From positions 1-42,175 of the forward strand of contig JAKEHP010000046.1 of NCBI GenBank assembly GCA_022614955.1: a stretch of 42,175 nucleotides of DNA. The letters are read 5' to 3'. The notes under the pieces were generated by a model, which ran no database searches, was not told the DNA's origin, and saw only the letters and a list, made by a program, of their open reading frames with translations. A program made the position numbers and the translations under genes. This document shows, piece after piece, positions 20,726 through 28,223 of the stretch. Source of the DNA: Candidatus Methylomirabilota bacterium (GTDB lineage: Bacteria; Methylomirabilota; Methylomirabilia; Methylomirabilales; JACPAU01). Each line of letters starts with the position of its first letter. Position 1 is the stretch's first letter.

Positions 20726-21778
20726 ATGATCCGGACCCTCGAATGGACAGGCGAGGGCGTGGTCCGGTTCCTGGATCAGACCCGGCTCCCCGAGGAAGAA
20801 GTCTACGTGGAGTGCAGGGACGCCGCGGCCGTGGCCGAGGCGATCCGCCGGATGCAGGTCCGGGGGGCCCCGGCCATCGGGATCGCGGGGGCCATGGGCC
20901 TCGCTCTCGGGGCCCGGCAGAGCCGCGCCGACGCCTTCGAACCCTTCTACGCCGAGCTCTGCCGTGTGGCCGGGGAGCTCGCCGCCACCCGCCCGACCGC
21001 CGTCAACCTCCCCTGGGCTCTAGAGCGGATGAAACGGGTGGCCCTCAAGCATCGCGATCTCCCGGTTCGGGCCATCAAGGCACGCCTCGAGCAGGAGGCC
21101 AAGGACCTCTGGGCCCAGGACCTGGAGGTGAACCGGGCCATCGGACGCCACGGGGAGCCGCTCCTGCCCCCGGGCGCCCGGGTTCTCACCCACTGTAACG
21201 CCGGCGCCCTGGCCACGGCGGGCTACGGGACGGCCCTGGGGGTGGTGCGGGCCGCCCACACCGCGGGGAAGGGAATCGCGGTCCTGGCCGGCGAGACGCG
21301 CCCCTTCCTGCAGGGGGCCCGCCTGACCGCGTGGGAACTCCACCGGGAGGGCATCCCGGTTACTCTGATCACGGACGGTATGCCGGCGGCCCTCATGGCG
21401 CGGGGTCAGGTGGACCTGGTCCTGGTGGGCGCAGACCGGATCGCCCGGAACGGGGATGTGGCCAACAAGATCGGGACCTACGGGCTGGCCCTCGCCTGCC
21501 GGGCCCACGGCCTTCCCTTCTACGTGGCCGCCCCCCTATCCACGCTCGATCCCACCCTCCAGAGCGGCGCCGCCATCCCCATCGAGGAGCGGAGCCCTGA
21601 GGAGGTCACCACCCTGGCCGGGCGGCGTATCGCCCCCGCCGGGGTCCCGGCGCTCCACCAGGCCTTCGACGTGACGCCGGCCGCCCTGGTCACGGCCATC
21701 ATCACGGAGCGGGGCGTGGCCCGGCCCCCCTACGCCGAGAGCCTGGCTGCCCTCCTGGGCGGCGGGCGGGAGCGGTAG
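20726..21778 (+). CDS. mtnA: S-methyl-5-thioribose-1-phosphate isomerase
   Basis: The last 350 codons of the 507-aa track ORF. MIRTLEWTGEGVVRFLDQTRLPEEEVYVEC...VRGAPAIGIAGAMGL...THCNAGALAT...GADRIARNGDVANKIGTY. An alternative start is ATG 20666, which has a strong SD but A/T-rich third positions. The upstream track residues are antisense of glpD. Confidence 0.85.
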   Translation: MIRTLEWTGEGVVRFLDQTRLPEEEVYVECRDAAAVAEAIRRMQVRGAPAIGIAGAMGLALGARQSRADAFEPFYAELCRVAGELAATRPTAVNLPWALERMKRVALKHRDLPVRAIKARLEQEAKDLWAQDLEVNRAIGRHGEPLLPPGARVLTHCNAGALATAGYGTALGVVRAAHTAGKGIAVLAGETRPFLQGARLTAWELHREGIPVTLITDGMPAALMARGQVDLVLVGADRIARNGDVANKIGTYGLALACRAHGLPFYVAAPLSTLDPTLQSGAAIPIEERSPEEVTTLAGRRIAPAGVPALHQAFDVTPAALVTAIITERGVARPPYAESLAALLGGGRER

Positions 21779-21780
21779 CC

Positions 21781-22734
21781 ATGGCGGGGGAGAAGGTCCT
21801 GGTGGTGGACGACGAGCCCCTCATCGCCCAGATGCTCACCGATCGGCTCCAGGAACTGTACGTGGATGTCATCCGGGCGAGTAACGGGGTGGAGGCGCTC
21901 GAGAGGGCCTGGGAGCACGTGCCAGACCTCATCCTCCTGGATGTCATGATGCCGAAGATTGACGGCTTCGAGGTGGCCAAGATCCTGAAAGAGAACCCGC
22001 GGACGGCCAGCATCCCCATTATCTTTCTCACGGCCCTCTCCCAGGTGAAGGACAAGGTGCGGGGGCTGCAGCTCGGCGCCGAGGATTACGTCACGAAGCC
22101 GTTCCACTTCGACGAGCTGCTGGTCCGGGTCAGGAAGGTGCTGCGCAAGTCGGAGGCCGAGAAGTCCGAAAAGGGCGGGGGGGGGCTTGCAGCCGTAAAG
22201 GGGAAGCTCCGCGACATGAGCCTGGTCAACCTCATCCAGTTCCTGGAGCTGGAGAAGAAAACCGGTGTCCTCAGCATCGTGTCGGAGAGTCGCTCTGGGC
22301 ACCTCTATTTCCAGGAGGGCAAGATCGTCAACGCCGTGCAGGGGACCTTGCGCGGCGAGGGGGCGGTCTACCGGCTCCTCAACTGGACGGACGGGGATTT
22401 CGAGCTGGAGTCGCTGGGGACCACCCCGCCGAGCGGTCCGGCGCGGATCACCATGGGCAACCAGACCCTCATCATGGAGGGGCTCCGCCGCCTGGACGAG
22501 ACGGCCCGGCTGGCCAAGAACCTGCCCCCGCTCAGTACGCGACTCAAGGTCAGCCCCCGGCTGCGCCAGGTCCTCGCGGACAAGAAGCTGGCCCCCGACC
22601 TGGAACGGTTCCTGCGACTGTTCGACGGGAATCGGGACATCCAAGCCGTCATCGAGGAAAGCGGCCTGGACGAGCTGAAGGCACTCGAGAACGTCCACAA
22701 GCTTTACAGCAAGGGGATGCTGGAGACGGCCTAG
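21781..22734 (+). CDS. Response regulator: CheY-like receiver + DUF4388 (PATAN-like) domain
   Basis: The receiver has an intact acidic pocket (VLVVDDEP), phospho-Asp (DLILLDVMMP), T (FLTA) and K (KPF). The C-terminal half, GKLRDMSLVNLIQFLELEKKTGVLSI...GHLYFQEGKIVNA...GEGAVYRLLNWTDGDFELE, is the DUF4388 signature. It starts 2 nt after the mtnA stop. Confidence 0.85.
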   Translation: MAGEKVLVVDDEPLIAQMLTDRLQELYVDVIRASNGVEALERAWEHVPDLILLDVMMPKIDGFEVAKILKENPRTASIPIIFLTALSQVKDKVRGLQLGAEDYVTKPFHFDELLVRVRKVLRKSEAEKSEKGGGGLAAVKGKLRDMSLVNLIQFLELEKKTGVLSIVSESRSGHLYFQEGKIVNAVQGTLRGEGAVYRLLNWTDGDFELESLGTTPPSGPARITMGNQTLIMEGLRRLDETARLAKNLPPLSTRLKVSPRLRQVLADKKLAPDLERFLRLFDGNRDIQAVIEESGLDELKALENVHKLYSKGMLETA

Positions 22735-22774
22735 GTGGGCCAGGGGGCCAGGGGGCCCGGCGGTCAGGAGGCGT

Positions 22775-24976
22775 ATGGCGAAGGGGACGGGGCGAGCCCG
22801 GCTGGGGCACGGCATCCTCTTGGCCCTGGGCTTCTTTCTCCTGGCTGCCTCCTCGTCGGACGACTTGCCCCCCTCCCCCGACCCCGCGGCGACCTTCGCC
22901 GACGCCCTGGAGGCCATGGCGGAGGGGGACTGCGCCGGCATCACCACCCAGCTCACCCCCCTGGCCGAGGTACCGCTCCCCGAACCCCTCGCCCGCCGGG
23001 TCAGCTTCCTCCTCGGGCTCTGCCAGCACCGCCTCGGCCGCTACGAGGAGGCTCTGCCCCATCTGCAGACCGCGGCCCGCGCCTCGCCGGAGGTGGCCGA
23101 CTACGCCCTGCTCGCCTGGGGTGACGCGGAGCAGCGCCGCGGCCTCCCCCAGGACGCCATCCCCCCCCTGAGCCGCCTCCTGGCCACCTACCCCGAAAGC
23201 CCCCTGGTCGAGCAAGCCCTCCTGCTGCTCGCGGAGAGCCAGGCGGCTGCCCTCGATCTGCCCGGCGCCACCTCGAGCCTCCGGGCCTACCTGGACCGGT
23301 TCGGCACTTCCGCCCGCGCCCCCACAGCCCGCCTCCTACTCGCCCGTGTCCGGCTCCGGGCGGGCGATCCCGCAGAGGGTCTCCCCCTGCTCCTGGACCT
23401 CTGGCGGGAGGAGCCGGCGAGCGGGTCGGCCGAAGAGGCCGCCGCCCTCCTGGAGGCCATCGGGGCCCCCGTGCCCGTGACGGCGGCCGACCTGTTCGCC
23501 CGCGGCCGGGCGCTCTACCGGAGCGAGGCCTTCGGCCAGGCGGTGGTAGCCCTGGCCCCTTTCGCCGGCGCCCCCGGCCCCTGGCAGGAGGAGGCCCAAT
23601 ACCTGCTGGGACAGAGCCACTTCCGCCTCCGGGAGTACCCCGAAGCCGCGCGGCAGTTGGCCAGGGGCTCCTCCCACGGAGGCCCATTCCAGGTACGGGC
23701 TCTCTTCTGGGCGGCCCGGGCCCGGACCCGCCATGGGGACGCCTCCGGAGCCAACGCCCTCTTCGAGCGGCTCCTGAAGCTGCAACCGACCCACCCCCTC
23801 GCCGATGACGCCCTGTTCCTGCTGGCGGAGAACCTGGAGGACCTGGGGCGGCGCCAGGAAGCCCTGGAGGCCTTCGCCCGCCTGGAGCGCACCTACCCCG
23901 ACGGGGAATACGCCGATGCGGCCCTCTGGCGGCGGGCCTGGATGCACATCCGGGGCGGTCAGATGCGGCAAGCCCGGCCGTTCCTCAAGATCCTCGCCGA
24001 GCGGCGCGCCTCCCCCTACGCCACCCAGGCCCTCTTCTGGGAGGGGCGCCTCCTGGAGGCCGCGGGGGACCGGGAAGGGGCGCTGCAACGCTTCCGGAGC
24101 GCGGCGCAGGCGACCGGGGGGGACTACTACGCGGCGCGCGCGCGGGATGTCCTCGCCTCTCTCGGCAGCCCGGCCCCGCCCGACCCCCCCCGGCCGGCCA
24201 CGCCCCCCGTGGAGCCCCCCGGGGACCACCCCCGCCTGGCCACCGCCCGGGAGCTGAGCGCGCTCCGCCTCTGGGAGGAGGCAACGGAGGAGTACTGGCA
24301 CCTCGTCCGTGCCCGTGCGAGTGACCGGGGGTTGCAGCAGGAAGCGGCCGAGGCCTTCCTGCGGGCACGCCGGTTCGACCGGGTCCTCTGGATCGCCCGG
24401 CGGATCCTCCTGACCACCTACCGCCAGAACCCGGCGGCCCTCCCGCTCCCAGCGTTCTGGGAGCTGCTCTACCCCCTCGCCTATTGGGACGCGGTCCAGG
24501 AGCTTTCCGCGGCCCGCGGCATTGACCCGTACCTGGTCGCGGCTGTCATGCGGGAGGAGAGCGCCTTTGGCCCCGCAGCCATCTCGCGGGCCGGGGCCCG
24601 GGGCCTGATGCAGCTCATGCCGGCCACCGCCCGGAAGGTCGCCCGCGCACTCGCCCTGCCGGATCCTTTGCCCGAGGGGCTGCACGCGCCCACGCTGAAC
24701 CTCACGCTGGGCACTGCCTACCTGGCGCAGGTCCTGGAGGAATTCGGGGGGAACATGCCGGCCGCGCTGGCCGCCTACAACGCCGGCCCCCAGGCCGTCC
24801 GGCGCTGGCTCCAGGAGATCCCGACCGCCGACCCGGACCGCTTCATCGAGGCCATCCCTTACGCCGAGACCCGGGAGTACGTGAAGCGGGTCCTGGCCAG
24901 CCACCGCCAGTACCACGCCCTGTACGCCGCGACTCCCCCACCGGCGGCTCCCGGGGCGCGCCCCACAGAGAACTGA
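22775..24976 (+). CDS. slt: Soluble lytic murein transglycosylase (Slt70-like: helical/TPR-like N-domain + SLT domain)
   Basis: 733 aa. Signal peptide GHGILLALGFFLLAASS, a long Ala/Leu-rich superhelical region and a C-terminal SLT motif set (AVMREESAF, GLMQLMPATA, AYNAGP). Confidence 0.85.
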   Translation: MAKGTGRARLGHGILLALGFFLLAASSSDDLPPSPDPAATFADALEAMAEGDCAGITTQLTPLAEVPLPEPLARRVSFLLGLCQHRLGRYEEALPHLQTAARASPEVADYALLAWGDAEQRRGLPQDAIPPLSRLLATYPESPLVEQALLLLAESQAAALDLPGATSSLRAYLDRFGTSARAPTARLLLARVRLRAGDPAEGLPLLLDLWREEPASGSAEEAAALLEAIGAPVPVTAADLFARGRALYRSEAFGQAVVALAPFAGAPGPWQEEAQYLLGQSHFRLREYPEAARQLARGSSHGGPFQVRALFWAARARTRHGDASGANALFERLLKLQPTHPLADDALFLLAENLEDLGRRQEALEAFARLERTYPDGEYADAALWRRAWMHIRGGQMRQARPFLKILAERRASPYATQALFWEGRLLEAAGDREGALQRFRSAAQATGGDYYAARARDVLASLGSPAPPDPPRPATPPVEPPGDHPRLATARELSALRLWEEATEEYWHLVRARASDRGLQQEAAEAFLRARRFDRVLWIARRILLTTYRQNPAALPLPAFWELLYPLAYWDAVQELSAARGIDPYLVAAVMREESAFGPAAISRAGARGLMQLMPATARKVARALALPDPLPEGLHAPTLNLTLGTAYLAQVLEEFGGNMPAALAAYNAGPQAVRRWLQEIPTADPDRFIEAIPYAETREYVKRVLASHRQYHALYAATPPPAAPGARPTEN

Positions 24977-25124
24977 CGGGCGGCGCCCGCCTCCCTGCCC
25001 GCTGAACGGGGCCGCTCCCCGGGAGCCCGCCGTCCGAGCGGTCACAGAACGGCGTGGCGCTTCCCCGGTGCGCTGCCGTATAATGCAACGGACCGGCACC
25101 TTCCCCGCGCTCGGAGGCGGATGC

Positions 25125-25934
25125 ATGCACAAGGCCCTGACCATCGCGGGCTCGGACTCGGGGGGTGGCGCCGGCATCCAGGCTGACCTCAAGACCTTCA
25201 CGGCCTTCCGGGTCTACGGGATGTCGGCGCTGACCGCCATCACTGCCCAGAACACCCTGGGGGTGCAGGGGGTCCATGTCCTCCCTGCGGAGTTCGTGGT
25301 CGCGCAGCTCCGGTCGGTCCTGGGGGACATCGGCGCGGACGCTGCGAAGACCGGGATGCTTGCCACGGCCAGGATCGTGGAGGTGGTGGCCCGGGAAGTT
25401 CGCGCCTTCGACCTGCGGGCGCTCGTTGTGGACCCGGTTATGGTGGCGGCGAGCGGGGATCCCCTCCTGGACCCGGGTGCCGTGGAGGCGGTGAAGATGG
25501 TCCTCCTCCCGTTGGCCCTGGTGGTGACACCTAACCTGGACGAGGCCGCCATCCTGGCGGGGGAGAAGATCCGGGACCTGGCGGGGATGAAGGAAGCGGC
25601 GCGGGCCATTCACACCTTGGGCCCACGCCACGTGCTGGTCAAGGGAGGGCACCTGCCGGGCCCGCAGGTCTTCGACGTCCTCTACGACGGGCGGGCGTTC
25701 ACCGTCCGGGAGGGGCCCCGGATCGAGACCACAAACAGCCACGGGACCGGGTGTACCCTCTCGGCGGGCATCGCCGCGGGACTCGCCCGCGGGCAGGCCG
25801 TCCCGACCGCGGTGGCCGCCGCCCAGGCCTACGTGGCCGAGGGTCTCAGGGCCGCGGTCGCCATCGGGAAGGGGGGGGGGCCCCTGAATCACCTGGTGGC
25901 GCCGAAGGGGGCTGGGATCGGGGAGTCCCGGTAG
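25125..25934 (+). CDS. thiD: Hydroxymethylpyrimidine/phosphomethylpyrimidine kinase
   Basis: Track ORF trimmed to ATG 25125 (GGAGG 8 nt upstream). MHKALTIAGSDSGGGAGIQADLKTF...TAQNT...VVDPVMVA...TPNLDEA...VKGGH...NSHGTGCTLS. Confidence 0.93.
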   Translation: MHKALTIAGSDSGGGAGIQADLKTFTAFRVYGMSALTAITAQNTLGVQGVHVLPAEFVVAQLRSVLGDIGADAAKTGMLATARIVEVVAREVRAFDLRALVVDPVMVAASGDPLLDPGAVEAVKMVLLPLALVVTPNLDEAAILAGEKIRDLAGMKEAARAIHTLGPRHVLVKGGHLPGPQVFDVLYDGRAFTVREGPRIETTNSHGTGCTLSAGIAAGLARGQAVPTAVAAAQAYVAEGLRAAVAIGKGGGPLNHLVAPKGAGIGESR

Positions 25935-25967
25935 ATCGGCCGGGACGCGCGGGAGCCGGGAGCGGGC

Positions 25968-27179
25968 ATGCTGACGGGGAAACGCATCCTCCTGGGGGTG
26001 ACGGGGAGCATCGCCGCCTACAAGGCGGCGGAGCTCCTCCGCGAACTGACGCGGCGAGGCGCCGAGGTCACCTGCGCCATGACCGAGAGCGCCAGCCGGT
26101 TCGTGGCCCCGCTGACCTTCCAGAGCCTCTCCCGCCGGCCCGTCCTCACCGACCTGTACGCGCAGGACTACGAGGGGCAGATCGCGCATATCGCTGCTGC
26201 TGGCGGGGCTGATCTCTTCGTGGTGGCCCCGGCCACCGCCCACACCCTGGCCAAATTCGCCCACGGACTGGCCGACGATTTCGTCACCAACCTCTTCCTG
26301 GCCGCCACCTGTCCGGTCCTCCTGGCCCCCGCGATGGATGCCGAGATGTGGCGGCATCCCGCCACACAGGCGAACGTGGCCACGCTGCGTCAGCGAGGGG
26401 TCCAGTTCGTCGGGCCGGCCAGCGGAGAGCTGGCCTCTGGCCTCACGGGTCCGGGGCGTCTCGCCGAGCCGGTCGAGATCGTGGGGGCGGTCGAGGCGCT
26501 GCTTGCCCGCACCCGCGACCTGGCGGGCCGGACCCTCCTGGTGACCGCGGGACCGACCTACGAGCCACTGGACCCCGTCCGCTTCGTCGGGAACCGCTCC
26601 TCCGGACGGATGGGATTCGCCCTGGCCGAGGCGGCGGCAGCCCGCGGGGCCCGGGTCATCCTGGTGACCGGGCCGACGCACCTCGCTCCCCCCGCAGGGG
26701 CGGAGTGCATCCGAGTAGAGACCACGCACGAGATGTACGAGGCGGTGCTGGCGCGCGCGGCGGGGGCGGACGCGGTCATCAAGGCGGCGGCCCCCGCCGA
26801 TTATCGGCCGGCCAGGGTGGCCCCGTCCAAGATCAAGAAGGGGCGGGAGGTCCTGACCCTGGAGCTGACCCCCACCCCGGACATCCTCGCCGAGCTTTCG
26901 CGGCGCCAGGGGGCATCGGTCCTGGTCGGCTTCGCCGCGGAGACCGAGGAGCTCGTGGCCAACGCCCGGGAGAAACTCCGGAAGAAGAACCTGGACCTGG
27001 TGGTGGCCAACGACGTCGGGGCGAAAGACGCCGGCTTCTCCGCCGAGACCAACCGAGTGACGCTGGTCGGCGCGGACGGCGAGGTGGAGACCCTTCCGCT
27101 GCTCAGCAAGCGGGAGGTGGCCCACCGGATCCTGGACCGGGTCGCCCGCCTGCTGGCGGCCCGACCGGCGCGCCCCTGA
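25968..27179 (+). CDS. coaBC: Bifunctional phosphopantothenoylcysteine decarboxylase / phosphopantothenate-cysteine ligase
   Basis: 403 aa. The N-terminal flavoprotein domain has KRILLGVTGSIAAYKAAELLR and PAMD..MW. The C-terminal ligase domain has VTAGPTYEPLDPVRFVGNRSSGRMG and AAAPADY. Confidence 0.93.
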   Translation: MLTGKRILLGVTGSIAAYKAAELLRELTRRGAEVTCAMTESASRFVAPLTFQSLSRRPVLTDLYAQDYEGQIAHIAAAGGADLFVVAPATAHTLAKFAHGLADDFVTNLFLAATCPVLLAPAMDAEMWRHPATQANVATLRQRGVQFVGPASGELASGLTGPGRLAEPVEIVGAVEALLARTRDLAGRTLLVTAGPTYEPLDPVRFVGNRSSGRMGFALAEAAAARGARVILVTGPTHLAPPAGAECIRVETTHEMYEAVLARAAGADAVIKAAAPADYRPARVAPSKIKKGREVLTLELTPTPDILAELSRRQGASVLVGFAAETEELVANAREKLRKKNLDLVVANDVGAKDAGFSAETNRVTLVGADGEVETLPLLSKREVAHRILDRVARLLAARPARP

Positions 27180-27195
27180 AGGCACCCCTCCAACC

Positions 27196-27891
27196 ATGGG
27201 CACCGACCCCCGGGACGACCTGCGGGAGCTCCTGCGCGCCACCCGGATCTATCTGGACGCGCAGCGGCAGCTCGGCCTCGAGTTCGTCCCCGCCGCCCCG
27301 GTAGCCGGGCCCGCCCCCGCAGGCCGACCCCTCACGCTCGCCGAAGTCCGCGAGGAGCTGGGGGAGTGCACCCGCTGCAAGCTCTGCCGGGGCCGGACCC
27401 AGATCGTCTTCGGGGTGGGCAACCCCCGGGCCGAGCTGGTGTTCGTGGGGGAGGCGCCGGGGGCCGAGGAGGACGCGCAGGGGGAGCCCTTCGTGGGGCG
27501 GGCCGGCCAGCTCCTGACCCGGATCATCCAGGCCATCGGCCTCAGGCGGGAGGACGTCTACATCTGCAACATCATCAAGTGCCGTCCCCCGGCCAACCGG
27601 AACCCGGAGGCGGATGAGATCGCCTCCTGCGAGCCCTTCCTGCTCAAGCAGCTCGAGGCGATCCGGCCTAAACTGATCTGCGCGCTCGGGGGACCCGCCT
27701 CGCAGACCCTGCTAAAAACAAAGGAGCCGATCTCGCGGCTGCGCGGCCGGCTCTTCGAGTTTCGGGGCATCCCCCTCCTCCCCACCTACCATCCCGCCTT
27801 CCTCCTCCGGAACCCCCACGAGAAGAAGACCGTCTGGCAGGACATGCAACTGCTCCAGCGGGAGCTCACCCGCCTCACCGGCCGCTCCTAA
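27196..27891 (+). CDS. Uracil-DNA glycosylase, family 4 (4Fe-4S type)
   Basis: CTRCKLC...[38 protein letters not shown]...[10 protein letters not shown]...YHPAFLLR. Cluster cysteines are present. A ~45-aa N-terminal extension is typical of this family. Confidence 0.9.
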   Translation: MGTDPRDDLRELLRATRIYLDAQRQLGLEFVPAAPVAGPAPAGRPLTLAEVREELGECTRCKLCRGRTQIVFGVGNPRAELVFVGEAPGAEEDAQGEPFVGRAGQLLTRIIQAIGLRREDVYICNIIKCRPPANRNPEADEIASCEPFLLKQLEAIRPKLICALGGPASQTLLKTKEPISRLRGRLFEFRGIPLLPTYHPAFLLRNPHEKKTVWQDMQLLQRELTRLTGRS

Positions 27892-28223
27892 AGGCGGAGC
27901 ATCCCGGGTTGTACACGGAACGCCAGCTGGTGAGCGGTCAGGCGGCCTTGGTGCGAACCGGGCGGGTCGGCGGGCGTTGCGGCAAGAGCTTGGCGAGGCG
28001 AGGCAGGCGGGTGCGGATAAAGCCAGGTGCGAACCGTGCTCTCAGCAGCTCCGAGAGCAGCGAGCGCCGGTGCCGCCGATCGGCAGAGCGGTAGCGGCGA
28101 TCCCCCTCGATCAACCCCACCCACAGGTCATGGACCACGTGGTCGTAGCGGAGGGTAAAACGCCGATTCCTCGTCTCTGACCCCATGCCGTGTCTGCCTC
28201 CAGCCGCGAGAGTACCGCAAGCG

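Noticed and set aside
24977-25124. TPP (THI-box) riboswitch expected upstream of thiD
   Set aside because: I looked for the conserved CTGAGA and ACCTGATCTGGATAATGCCAGCG-type cores and found neither. The spacer only contains a perfect TATAAT (25079-25084) without a convincing -35.
28133-28144. 12-bp perfect palindrome GACCACGTGGTC upstream of priA as an operator
   Set aside because: Perfect 12-bp palindromes are expected by chance several times in 42 kb, and there is no second copy or known cognate regulator.
27938-28186. 82-aa minus-strand ORF called as a gene
   Set aside because: No SD, no domain, extreme Arg content, and its start would overlap the priA track start. I kept it only as a possible gene remnant in the findings.
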